From NCBI GenBank assembly GCA_037447605.1, contig CM074810.1, forward strand, positions 2,080,880-2,144,879: DNA of 64,000 nucleotides. Reading direction: 5' to 3'. Source of the stretch: Zygnema circumcarinatum SAG 698-1b (Eukaryota > Plantae > Zygnematophyceae). Both the position numbers and the translations under genes were made by a program. The notes beneath the pieces are model-generated. The model was not told where the DNA came from. It saw only the letters and a list, made by a program, of their open reading frames with translations, and did not search any database. Shown one piece after another: positions 12,201 to 24,708 of the stretch. Numbering within the stretch: position 1 is the first letter of the stretch; every line of letters starts with the position of its first letter.

Positions 12201-15200
12201 AGGCCATCACGAGTTCCAATAGAGTGTTAATTGTCAACCTTACTCGAAATTCCACCTGTTATCAAAATGGTATGTTGTGTCAAAACATCCAAAGCTTTGA
12301 CGTCACTCCCTAAAACAATGAAAAAGGAAAATTGCCACAAGATGGAAAGAGAAAGGCAGACTTACCAAACAAGTAAGCAATATGTTTTGACTAAAATTAT
12401 TGCATAGGACTGCCAAGTTGGCAGAGGGCACAAGCAGCCTGCCTTAAGACAAAAGACTTACGCTGGATCACCGTCTCCAAGCTCCTCCTGAAGGTAGTTG
12501 CTGACATTATTACGGAAGTTAACCTGCCACAGAAGAACACCAATTAGGTCCAAAGCGTTCCCCCATACAGAATCAGACGAAGTACATGACATTTCCAAGA
12601 TTATCAAAATAGAGGCCGAGCGCTTACAGCTGATACTACCGCAGCGAGCTCTTGCATCGAGAAACTCTGAACTGACGTCGGTGTGGAGACAGAGGAAGAA
12701 GAGTTGGATGGCGGAGGTGATGGAGTAGACGACACTTTCGTTGCTCTGTGAATATCACAGAAAGCCGAGCAAAAACTCAGCTCCAAACACAAGCCCACAT
12801 CTGCCTCTTTGTATAAGCTCACTTCCAACACCTTCAACCCCATCAGTCTCATCACAAAACCCACAGCGCACGACCCACAATTGCAGTGATCCCAAGTCCC
12901 TGGGGTGTTCCAACCCTTGCTTTCAACCATCCCTGCGAGGAGGCAGGCGGGTTTACCGTATGCTCTGAGCAGAGGGAGGCGGCGAGGTCGCGAGCGCGAA
13001 GGGCGGCGGCGGCACGGCCGCGGCCCCCGTCGCGTTCCCGCCCGCGCCCGCGTACGCCCTCCGCCTCCTCCGCCCTTGATCGAACGGCGCGGGGAGGCGG
13101 AGGAGGGTCCACTGGAGCCGATCGACCGCGGTCTGGACCGCGGCGGGGAGGAGGACCGAGGCCGAGGAGAGGAAGGCCAGGGACTGCAGCCGGGAGATCG
13201 CGTGCTGCACACGGCGAATACAGGAGATTTACAGGACAGGACGCTTCAGAAAGACTTTCAGCTCGTTTCTGGGAACTTGAATCTTAGGGATCTTAGTGGC
13301 TTTTAGGAATTAAGATTTCTCTGGATTCGCGGACGTTATTTTGGCACACTACAGCCCTTTTGGGTACAGTGTTTAGAGGAAGGACGCACGAACCATCGCA
13401 TTGGAGGTGCCCTGGGTCGACCCCCCTTGCGGGATGCCGGCAGCTTGAATCAAAACCGGGCAGGCTATGGTCCCTGCTGCCAGGAGAGCACCTGCCGCAC
13501 TAAAGAATGTTGCCAAGGCCTCCATACTCCTCGATGGTTGATCTGCCAGAATGGTGCAATACCTACACCATTAGCATGGCGCACAAAAAAGTATCTTCTT
13601 CTGCAGGTTCATCTCCCTGAATGCACTCTGTTATTGTCTTCAGTTCAAACGATATTCAGCCATGCACCTAGGAGCGACAGGTTGTGATTGTGTACATTGC
13701 ATGATATGGAATGGCTTTGAAGCAAGCGTGGGATTATTGGCGAGGTCGAGAACTCCTCCCGCTGTAACTGTAACCTCAGCCATGGCTCCCGGCTGCAGCT
13801 CCAGGTCGAGTCCGAAAATTCCACCAAACTTAGCCTCACGTGGAATACCATATCTGCACACATGTACATGACTATTAGTTGTTATACGGTGGACATGATC
13901 ATGCTTTTGGATCCCCTACGCTTACAGCAAGGAGAACAAGGGTCATAGCAGCCTTGGCTATAATCATCTTGCACGAGGAATGGCTGCACTCACCCTAGCA
14001 ATGCACAATTCGTGAGATTTAAATCGTCCTTCGGATCAAAGCCGTAGACTGCCTCGCCGAAACTGAGTACAAGTGTGAACACCAAGCTGCTGGTTTGAGC
14101 TTTTTCGCCAGGCAGAAGGAGGAACTTTGGTGCTGGGGGTTGGTTGTCTGCCATGGCGACACAATGCATGGGTGAAGTCAGTGGAAAGCTTTCAGGCAGC
14201 CAGCCCAAGCAGGGAGCAGATCTGAAGCGCTCAAGCAAAAACAGCGCCAACCCAACAGAAAGGAATGTTGAAGATTATAATTCACTCACTCCAACACACC
14301 TGATGCAGTTAAGTCCAAAAACATTAACAAAATGGCGTCCATCTATGCACAAAAATGAGAATATAAAACCTGTGGAGACCCAGCAAGAACTTCCCACCAC
14401 ATGATGTTGGCATGTTTGTGATTGATTGGGAGATGCGGGCTCACCGACAAGGATTATGCTTTGTGTTAAAGTCAGCTGATTGGGAGAGCTGCTTGGAGCA
14501 TTGGCTGAAGGAGCTGCCAACGACACCGACACAAGCGTGGGCGTAACTTCTCCCTTAGCCATTTCAGTCGGCTGGACCTGCGGCACAACACAAGGGCTCC
14601 CCTGCCCCACTCACACGCTGCGCTGCAACAACCCCTGTGCATCTACCTGCTTTCAAGAAGGGGTCCAGCCCTTGAGCAGCAATCTTCGTGTTCCTATTTC
14701 TGCCCTTCGAAAGTCACAGTCGGCCCATTCCCTGTGTCTTTTGCATGAGGCTAAACCGCTAGCTTCTTTCTTGAAGACGGCAGCTAGTGAGCTCACCAGT
14801 AGGCTGTAGGTTGTGGCATTGGAGGCAGTGTTGTTATTGACCTACATGAACAATCGAAGGAGAGACGTCAGCACAATGAATTAAACGAATACATTCATCA
14901 CCTTCCACAACACAATCTTGGCAGAAATTTTCAGCGCGTAAAAGGTGCTATGACAAAGAAGCCGAAGGGACGAGGGAGGATCTTACCGCGGGTGTCGTGC
15001 AGCTCGGCGATTGAGCAGAATCTGAATTGAGAGTGAGCAACGAACCCCCCACAACGTGAATCATGCTCGGTGTGACGGGAGTGGTCGGCTTGTAGTTCAG
15101 ACAAAGAGTATACGAAATGGGAGAAATTTCATTCCAGTACTTCAACTTCGCTTCCTGTCCGCTTATGTTGACAACAATTGAAGGGACTTGTAAAGGAACA

Positions 15201-18200
15201 GCAACGGCTACTTCAGTGGAAGGATCTGCAGGGAATCAGAGACAGGAAGAGAGATTTCACAACAATTAAATCTTTTGTCCCTAAGAAACTAATTCAACAG
15301 ATCTCATGCGGTTGTGTAATTAATCGACAGGTGACTGCGGCAAGCACTTCATCGTCGCTTACAGCATAAGCATGAGATACCTGGCCATCCTTCCACACAT
15401 AGTCTCCGCCACTCACCAACTGTGAAGGCAAGCGTATGCAAGTCCGACAATAAAATTGTTTTCGAGAAAGTCATTAGTCGAAACAAATGGCTTCCATTTC
15501 CAAGTTCGTTGTAAGTCAGAGTCAAAGGTGACATCCTTCCAAAAACAGATTCTCCACAATCGGTTTTCGGTTCGGAGTCCAACTGTTAGGAAAATCCAGC
15601 AGACGATCAAGATCAATTCAGCTCTCAGTGTTAGCAGATGCGTCAGTTGAAAGGTTTTAGTGCCAACAAAGACGACAGCTACAACCTAAAACTTGGGCAA
15701 ACGTGTACGCAATTTTGAAAATCAAGGGAATGACATCATCTGCAAACACAAGAAACGGGAGAGTGCAGCTGGAAACCTGGCAAGTGAAAAAGCAGCCCCC
15801 CGAGCATTGCGCTGCAGCAAACGAGCCAGCAAGGCTCCATATAAATGTGACAGAGGAGTCCTTGATATAGTACTCATTGTCAACAAGAAGCCTGTAGGTT
15901 ACGGGTGCAATAGTAAGCAAGTCGGGCGTGTTGGTTAAGTTGACAGGCGAAGGTGGGGGTGGAGGGACGGAAAAAGGTGAAGGGGAAAGTAGAGGGGACG
16001 GAGACGAAAACAAAGGGGGTGGTAAAACTTGAGGAGATTGCGATGGTTGCACAGAAACAGGGGGAGGTGGAGGTGGCTGTAGGGAAGGAGAAGGAGCGGG
16101 AGACAGACGAGGAAACGGTGGAGGTGGCTCCAACGATGGAGATATCGGAAACAATGGTCGAAATGGAGAGGGTGATAGCGAGGGAGTAGGAATGGGAGTT
16201 GGTGGATGTGGCAAAAAGGGTGACGGCAAGGGAATAGGCGCGGTCAAGGGAGGGGAAGGAGCAGCTGCGGGAACAGGCGAGGGAATAGGGGCAGTTGACG
16301 GAGGAGGGTAAGACGGAAGTGCAGGGAAAGGAAAGAAGGGGAAGGGGGCGGTCGACAGAGGAGAAGGAGCAGATGCGGGGGAAGCGGAGGGGACGGGGAA
16401 GGACACAGGAGGGGAGGGAGGAGATACGGGCGAAGGAGTGTGGACGGGGGCGGTTGAGGCAGGAGAAGGACCAACTGCGGGCGAAGGGGAGAGGACGGGG
16501 GCTGTCGATGGAGGAGAAGGAGCGGACGAGGGTGAAGGGAAGGGGACGGGAAAGGAGACAGGAGGGGACGGAGGAGACGAGGGCGAAGGGGAGGGGACGG
16601 AGGTGGTCGGGGAAGGAGAAGGAGAGAATGCGGGCGAAGGGGAGGGGATGGAGGTGGTCGGGGAAGGAGAAGGAGAGAATGCGGGCGAAGGGGAGGGGAT
16701 GGAGGTGGTCGGGGAAGGAGAAGGAGAGAATGCGGGCGAAGGGGAGAGGACGGGGGGGGTCGAGGGAGGAGAAGGTGCGGATGCGGGAAATGGCGAGGGG
16801 ATGGATGGGGTCGGGGAGGGAGAAGAAGAGAATGCGGGCAAAGGTGGGGAGACGGGGGCGGTCGAGGGAGGGGAAGGAGCAGATGCAGGCGAAGGCGAGG
16901 GGACGGGGGGGGTCGTGGGAAGAGAAGGAGAGGATGCAGGCGAGGGCGATGGGACGGGGAAGAAGACAGGAGGGAAAGGAGGGGTAGGAGGAGATGCAGG
17001 CGAAGGCAAGGGGACGGGAAGGAGAAGGAGCAGATCGGGGGACAGGAGAAGAAGTAGCAGATGCAGGCGAAGGGGAGGGTACAGAGGGGGTCAAGGGAGG
17101 AGAAGTAGCGGATGCGGGCGAGGGCGAGGGGACCGGGAAGAAAAATGGAGGGAAAGGAGGGGTAGGAGGAGATGCAGGCGAAGGGGAGGGGACAGGGGGG
17201 GTCGAGGGAGGAGAAGGAGAGGATGCAGGCGAAGGGGAGGGGATGGAGGTGGTCGGGGAAGGAGAAGGAGAGAATGCAGGCGAAGGGGAGGGGATGGAGG
17301 TGGTCGGGGAAGGAGAAGGAGAGAATGCGGGCGAAGGGGAGGGGATGGAGGTGGTCGGGGAAGGAGAAGGAGAGAATGCAGGCGAAGGGGAGGGGATGGA
17401 GGTGGTCGGGGAAGGAGAAGGAGAGAATGCAGGCGAAGGGGAGGGGACTGGGAAGAAGTCAGGAGGGAAAGGAGGGGTAGGAGGTGATGCAGGCGAAGGG
17501 GAGGGTACAGAGGGGGTCAAGGGAGGAGAAGGAGCGGATGCGGGCGAGGGTGAGGGGACGGGGAAGAAAAAAGGAGGGAAAGGAGGGGTAGGAGGAGATG
17601 CAGGCGAACGGGAGGGGACAGGGGGGGTCGAGGGAGGAGAAGTAGCAGATGCAGGCGAAGGGGAGGGTACAGAGGGGGTCAAGGGAGGAGAAGGAGCGGA
17701 TGCGGGCGAGGGCGAGGGGACGGGGAAGAAAAAAGGAGGGAAAGGAGGGGTAGGAGGAGATGCAGGCGAAGGGGAGGGGACAGGGGGGGTCGGGGAAGGA
17801 GAAGGTGCAGATGCAGGCGAAGGAGAGGGTACAGAGTGGGTCAAGGGAGGAGAAGGAGAGGATGCAGGCGAAGGGGAGGGGACATGGGGGGTCGAGGGAG
17901 GAGAAGGAGAGGATGCAGGCGAAGGGGAGGGGACTGGGAAGAAGTCAGGAGGGAAAGGAGGGGTAGGAGGAGATGCAGGCGAAGGGGAGGGGACGGGGGG
18001 GGTCGAGGGAGGAGAAGGAGAGGATGCAGGCGAGGGCGATGGGACGGGCAAGAAGACAGGAGGGAAAGAAGGGGTAGGAGGAGATGCAGGCGAAGGCAAG
18101 GGGACGGGGGGGGTCGGGGAAGGAGAAGGAGCAGATGCAGGCGAAGGGGAGGGTACAGAGGGGGTCAAGGGAGGAGAAGGAGCGGATGCGGGCGATGGGG

Positions 18201-21200
18201 GTGGAACGGGGGTGGTCGAGGGTGGAGAAGTAGCGAATGCGGGCGAAGGCGAGGGGATGGGGAAGAAGACAGGAGGGGAAGGAGGGGAAGGAGGAGATGC
18301 AGGCGAAGGGGAGGGGACGGGGGAGGTCGAGTGAGGAAAAGGAGTGGATGCGGGCGAAGGCGAGGGAATGGGAAAGAAAGCAGGAGGGGAAGGAGGGGAA
18401 GGAGGAGGTGCGGGCGATGTGGAGGGGATGGAGACGGTCGGGGATGGAGAAGGAGAGAATGCGGGCGAAGGGAAGGGGATGGGGACGGTCGAGGGAGGGG
18501 AAGAAGCGGACGCGGGCGACGGCGAGGGGACCAGGAAGAAGGCAGGAGGGGAAGGAGGGGAAGGAGGAGATGCGGGAGAAGTGGAGGGGACAGGGGCGGT
18601 CAAGGAAGGGGAAGGAGCAGATGCAGGCGAAGGCGAGGGGAGGGGGGGGCTCGAGAGAGGAGAAGGAGCGGATGGGGGCGAAGGGGAGGGGAAGGGGGCG
18701 GTCGGGGAAGTGGAAGGAGCAGATGCAGGCGATGGGGTGGGGACGGGGGGGGTCGAGGGTGGATGAGTGGAAGCGGGCGAAAGGGAGGGAACGAGGGGGA
18801 TCCAGGAAGGAACAGAGGCGGATGCGGGCGAAGGCGAGGGCATGGGGAAGAAGACAGGAGGGGAAGGAGTGGATTCTTGCAAAGGGGAGGAGACGGGGGT
18901 GGTCGAGGGGGTCGAGGCAGGAGAAGGTTCGGATGCGGGCGAAGGCGAGGGGACGGGGAAGAAGACAGGAGGGGATGGAAGAGATGCGGGCGAAGGGGAG
19001 TGGACGGGGGCGGTCAAGGGAGGAGAAGTTACAGATGCGGGTGAAGGGAAGGGGACGGGGGCGGGCGATGGGGGAGAAGAAGCAGATCCGGGTGACGGGG
19101 AGGGGACGGGAGCTATTGAAGAAGGGGAGGGTGGAGGTGTGGGCAACGATGTGGGTGCAGGTGAGGTGATTGGAGCGATGTTAGGAGAAGGTTGAAGGTG
19201 TAGCGAAGGTGCGGGTGAAGGTGATGGCATAGGAGCGATGTCGGGAAGGGAAGGAGGGGATGCGTCTGAAGGTGTTGGTGAAGGTGAGGGGATAGGAGCG
19301 ATATCGATAGGGGAATGAGGGGCTGCGGGTAAATGTGTGGTTGAATGTGAGGGGACAGGAGCGATTGCAGAAGGGGGGGGACGAGATGGAGGTGACGATG
19401 GAGGTGAAGGTGAGGAGATAGAAGCAATGAAGGGAGGGTAAGGAGGAGGAGATGCCGGTAAAGGTGTGGTTGAAGGTGAGGAATTAGGAGAGATGTCGGG
19501 AGGGGAAGGAGGAGGTGTGGGTGAAGGTGAAGGGTTAGGAGAGACGACAGGTGGAAAAGCAGGAGGTGCGGGTGAAGTTGAGGGAATTGGAGCGATGTAA
19601 TGATTGGATGGAGGAGGAGATGCTTGTGAAGGCGTGTGTAACGGTGATGGGATAGGAGCGATGTCGGGAGGGGAAGCAGGGGATGCGTATGAAGCTATGG
19701 GTGAAGGTGATGGAATACGAGGGATGAAAAGAGGGGGAGGAGGAGGTGCGGATGTAGTTGTCCGTGAAGGTGAGGGGACAGGATCGTTTAAAGAAGGTGA
19801 GGGGTCAGATGTGGGTGGCGATGTGAGTGAAGGAGAGGGGATAGGAGCGATGCCGGGAGGGGAAGGAGAGGATGCGTCTGAAGGTGAGGGTGAAGGTGAG
19901 GCGATAGGAGTGATGTCGAGAGGCGAAGGTGGTGGTGCAGGGGAGGGTTTGGTTGAAGATGAGGGAATAGGAGCGATGTCGGGAGGGGAAGGAGGAGGTA
20001 TGGGTGCAGTTGTTGGTGAACGTGACGGGATAGGAGGTATGACAGGTGGGGACGGAGGAGGTGCGGGTGAAGGTGAGGGGATAAAAGCAATATCTAGAGG
20101 CGAAGGAGGAGTTGAGGGTGAAGGTGTGGGTAACGGTGATGGAATACGAGCGATGTTGGGAGGGTAAGAAGGAGGAGATAGGGGTGAAGGTGTGGGTGAA
20201 GGGGAGGGTATAGGAGCGATTACAGGAAGGAAAGGAGGAAATGTGGGTGAAGGTGTAAGTGATGGTGAGGGGATAGGAGCGATGGCAACAGTGTAAGGAG
20301 GAGATGCGGGTGAAGGTGTGGGTGAAGGTGAGGGGACAGTAGGGGAAGGAGGAGATGCGGGTGAAGGTGTGGGTTTAGGTGAGGAGATAGGAGCAATGAC
20401 AAGAGGGAACGGACGCGCTGGAGAAATGGGCGAAGGTGGTGGTAGAGAAGGGGAAGGACGATGGGATGGAGGGGGTGAAGGAGAGGGGGGAAGAAGTCCA
20501 GGTGAAGGTGACTGTATGGGAGGGGGAAGAGGAGGGGAAGCAGGGGTTGAAGTGGACGGGGGAGGAGATGTGTGTGAAGGGAAAGGTACACGAGGGGGAG
20601 GAGGAAGTGAAAGGGAACGGGGAGGAGATGCGGGCGAAGGTGACGGTGCAGAATGGGGAGGAGGGAAAGGTGGGGGTGATGAGGAAGGTGGAGGAGATGC
20701 GGGTGATGGTGATGGCCCAGTAGGAGATGTAGTTGAAGGCGACGGTACAGGAGGGGAAAGAGAAGATGTGGGGTAAGGTGATAATTCAGGGGCAGCTGCA
20801 AGTGAAGGTGATGGCGCAAGTGATGGAGGGGGGGAAGGAGGAGGGGAAGGCGGAGAGGAAGATGGAGGGAAAGGGGCCGGGGAAGTTGGAAGGGATGAAG
20901 GTGTTGAAGCTGAAGGCATGGAAGATGCGGCTGAAGGTGACAAAGCAAGAGAGGGAGAAGGAGATGCAGGAGAAGCTGCCGGTGAAGGTGGTGGCACAGG
21001 AGGGAACGGGGGAAAGAAAGGAGGGGCGAAAGGCGGGAATGCGATTGAAGGTGATAGCGCAGGAGAAGGCAGAGGGTGGTAAGGAGAAGATGAAGGAGGA
21101 GGGGAAGGCGGAGAGTAAAAAACAGGGGAAGGAAGAGATGCGGGCAAAGGTAATGGCGCAGAAGGGGAAGGAGGATGGGACAGCGAAGAGGCGAGTGAAG

Positions 21201-22989
21201 GCAATGGAGAAGGAGGAAAAGGAGGAGGGAATGGGAGAAATACAAATGGCGCAGGAGGGGAAGGGAAGGGGGAAAGAAGAGAGGGAGGGGAAGATGAGGG
21301 TGAAGGTGAAGGTGATGCCGCAGGAGGGAAAGAAGAGGAAAGAGGGGGAGGAGTAGGAGAGTAGGGAAAAGATTCGGGTGAAGGCGATGGCGCAGGAGAG
21401 AAAGGAAGAAAGGGAGGGAGGGACGGAGAATTAGCATGTGAAGGTGACGCTACAGGAGGGAATAAAGAAGTGAAAGGAGGAGAGGATGGGGGAAAAGGAT
21501 TTGAGGATAGAGGGTGAGCAAGAGGGGTCAGAGAAGTTACGGATGAAGGTGATGGCACAGGAGAGGGTGAAAGCAGAGGAGGAGGAGGGAAACGAGGAGT
21601 TGAGGGCGAAGGTAATGCAGCAGGAGGGGAAAGAGGAGGGGAAGTAGTAGGAGGAGGTGAAGGAGAAGTTTTAGGTGAAGGTGATGGCTGAGGAGCAGTC
21701 GCAGGAGGAAAAAGAGGTGATGTGGGAAGGGGGGAAGCGGAATTTCTGGGTGAAGGTAAAGACGCAGGGGCAGTCACAGGAATGGGAGGATAAGCTGTGA
21801 TTGATGGCGACAGACGAGGGGTAACTGCAGCTGGAGAAGGAAAGCTTGTGGCTAAAGGTGACGGAGTAGGGGAAGTCGCAGGAGGAAAAGTTGACTGTGC
21901 TGGTATGCGGGCAGCCCCGGGCTTGACGGGTGAAGGGGAGGAGGGCGAGGCAGCGGCAGGGACAGGACGGTAGAGGTTGGGTGCCTGTGATGGCGCAGTG
22001 GCACTAACAGGAGAGAGAGGAGGAGATGCGGGTATAGGCGATGGCACAAGCGCAATTGGAGGATTGGAAGAAGGAGATGTGGGTAAAGGCAACGGTACAG
22101 GGACATGGGTAGGAGGTGAAGCTGCTGGTAGAGGAAAATTAAGAGGAGGAGGAGGAGATGATAGGGACGGAAGGAATGCAGTGGTTGGATTAGAGGTGGA
22201 AAGAGCGGGAGGGGACGAGAGGGATGCGAGATCACGTGTGTTTGGTCCATAGGAGAGTTTTTGCAGTAAAGTTCGCGAAGCCCCCCGCGAGCTTCCCTCC
22301 GACGAGGCCGCGGCGATTCTGAACGTTCTCGCGGAGGAGGAGGCTTTAGAGGGCGACTGGGCCGCTGTAAAACAGAGCAGGTCCTGTAAGCTGACAGGTT
22401 CAAAGAAGACGCTGATTCCGCATTGTGTGCACGGGTATTTCCTTCTGTGCAGCAGCAAGTTGTGTTGAGGGCGGGCAATAATGAAGGCCTAATGTTTAAC
22501 TGTCAGAGCTTCGTGATTGCACTGCTTGCAAAATTGCTTTCATAAGGAATTGAGTTCGTATGGCACTGTTACCGCGAAAGGAATTCGAAGATTTGCAGAA
22601 TTTTGTGCTTAAAGATGGTTTGGAAGGAGAAAGGATGAAGTTAAAGTCCAAAACAGTACCCAGAATTTGGTGCAGGGTCGTAACAACAACTGGGGTGCAA
22701 GCACGTACCTCTTTCTGCCTTGCCATACGCAGAACCGCTTGAAATAAAAAAAAGGAGGATCCAAACAACGCAAAGAAGGTCTACAGAGAAAGCAGCTCCA
22801 CCTGAAATGCCCCACAGCAAGCGCACAACGAGAGTCAACGGGAAGGGAATGAGCTAAGCGCTGATGCTTCAATCGATGCGCGCGAGCCTGCGCGGCGCCT
22901 ATCGTGCGCCTCTACATAATTGTTCCCGAGAACCTGCTCACGCCCTTGTTTTGCTAATTTCAGGCGCTGAACATACTGTAGCTGAGCAT
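9293..22989 (-). CDS. Giant (~3,280 aa) membrane protein: signal peptide, Ser/Pro extensin-like stalk, Ig-like beta domains and multi-pass TM domain; one +1 frameshift near 17.0 kb
   Basis: 18 GT-AG exons with consistent phases: 22989-22977, 22801-22709, 22364-15777, 15582-15417, 15225-14987, 14841-14797, 14577-14445, 14147-13994, 13853-13696, 13542-13394, 13204-12957, 12745-12640, 12523-12462, 12192-11990, 11583-11486, 11269-10121, 9832-9776, 9469-9293. The N-terminus [31 protein letters not shown] is signal-peptide-like. The C-terminal ~1,050 aa resemble, from memory, the uncharacterised Arabidopsis AT3G48200 family ([30 protein letters not shown]...LP...[25 protein letters not shown]). Confidence 0.85.
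15900..22250 (-). repeat. Coding tandem-repeat array of Ser/Pro modules within the giant exon
   Basis: A 51-nt unit encoding [17 protein letters not shown] occurs about 4 times at 17230-17440 and again at 16580-16740. 60-nt units encoding [20 protein letters not shown] recur between 17100 and 18100, and IAPIPSPSP modules recur at 19100-20400. The + strand is strongly purine-rich. Confidence 0.9.
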
Positions 22990-23995
22990 ATAGTGTCGCA
23001 GTGTGATGAGAACTATGCTATTCTGGTCATCACGATTGTGAACCTAAACACAAATGTGCAAATGATTTCACTGAGGGCGGACCAATCCGGAGCGCGGCGG
23101 CTCACCCGGCGGCGCCCTCCCGCAGCCCCGCACGCGCTGCCGCCCGCCCGGCCCGCCCCCAGGGCGGCCGCCCATGGCCCGCCGTCCAGGGCGCCGCCAC
23201 CTCCCACGCGCCCTGCAGCTCGCCTCTCGGCCCTCTCTCTCTCTTTTCCTCCGATGGCGCTCGGCAGCGAAAGACACCGAATGCTCTCTATCCCCACCTC
23301 GTTGTGCTTTTCCCCCCCTACTCTCCTCACCCTTCTCTCGTCGCGCTGACTCTTTCTCCCCTCTGCCGCTCTCACGGACTCCCCGTCTCTGTCCGTGCCA
23401 CACCGTTCCCTTTTCCCGCCCTTTTTCCGTCAGTTCCGTGAGCACTACGGAATGGAAGGAAAGTGGCGGCGACAGATGCACTGCGCGTCACGTAGACGCC
23501 TCAACGTCCCTGGAACATGCCACGTGGCATCTCCTCCGGCCGCCCCCTGTCTGCGCGACGCTGCAGCCGACCGCCATGCCCACCTCGCGGCTCCCTCCCA
23601 CTCTCCCTCCCTCCCCCACAGCCCGCCGCGTCGCGGCCTCCCCGTCCCGTCCCACCCCGTTCCCGCGTACGTCCTTCCGTACGGCGGGCGGGCACCGTTG
23701 CCCCCAACGGCTCTCGCCCGCCCGCCCGCCCGCGACCGACCGACCGACCTCCGCCCCGGGCCGGGCCGCGGGCGGGCTCTAGGACTAGGACCGCCCGCGC
23801 TGACCGCCCGCCCGCCCGTCCGGCAGGTCAACGCCCCACCGACCAGCGCCACGTCGCGCCCCCCTGGGCCGTACGAGACGCCAACGGCGGCCTGTGGCGC
23901 CGCTTGTCGCCTTCCCCGCCCGCCGCCCACTGGGGGGCCCTCCGCGAATCACGACCAATCGCGCGCCCGCCTTCACGCGTGCGCCGACATTCTAC

Positions 23996-24673
23996 GCATC
24001 GTCAAATAAGGGAATTTTTAAAAATTCCCTTAAAACGCTTGCGCAAACTCATATTTTTCCCTTAATAAAAGCCGCCCCATCATTATGGACAACAAATAGA
24101 AAAACAACTTAATGAGGCGTGTACGACGTGCCCGCCCGTTGGCCGCCTGCTTGCGGGCGCCTGCCTGCCTGCCTGCCTGCCTCGCCGTTGGCTTGCTTCT
24201 TTTCAAGCCAGAAACGGCGGAGAGCGAGGAGGAGAAGGTTGTGAAGTTCCAAGGACACGACAACACGCGCGGTCGCAAGGTCACTGCTCGGACTCACCAA
24301 CAGCAGACCTTGCGTACGGGTCTCAATTGAAGGGCTTGTGCATAACTTTCAGTTGTTGGCGTTGCCATGGGTTGGTTGACCGGCAAGTCGATGCTTGAAG
24401 CTGTGGTGAAGTTCATGGTTGCTTCATGCAGCAACTCCTTGTGGTGAGGAGCATTAGGGGTGTGTCCACTGGTGGAGGCACTCATGATGGGATCAAATTC
24501 GAATGCTACTATGAGACAAGAACTTCGCCCAAAGTACAACAATAGTACAAAAACAATACGAAAAGGTATCAATAAAGTACAGAAAGGTACAATTCCCTTG
24601 AACGAAACACAAAATTTTCCAATAGTAGTGGAGTTAAAACGGGTTTTGTGGGAATTCCCTTATTTGACGATGC
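23996..24673. mobile_element. Putative non-autonomous TIR element (678 bp)
   Basis: Perfect 21-bp inverted repeat GCATCGTCAAATAAGGGAATT (23996-24016) / AATTCCCTTATTTGACGATGC (24653-24673). No target-site duplication seen and no transposase. Confidence 0.5.
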
Positions 24674-24708
24674 CTGCTCTGCGGGTCCGAGAACTTTTTG
24701 CCGTACTA

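Noticed and set aside
16295-21356. Numerous + strand Gly/Glu/Arg-rich ORFs
   Set aside because: They are antisense shadows of the Pro/Ser-rich exon; only the minus frame splices to conserved downstream exons.
24294-24572. Minus-strand ORF ending near a GTGAGT donor (…ESYAQALQLRPVRKVCC)
   Set aside because: It lies inside the TIR element with no downstream exon and no family match.
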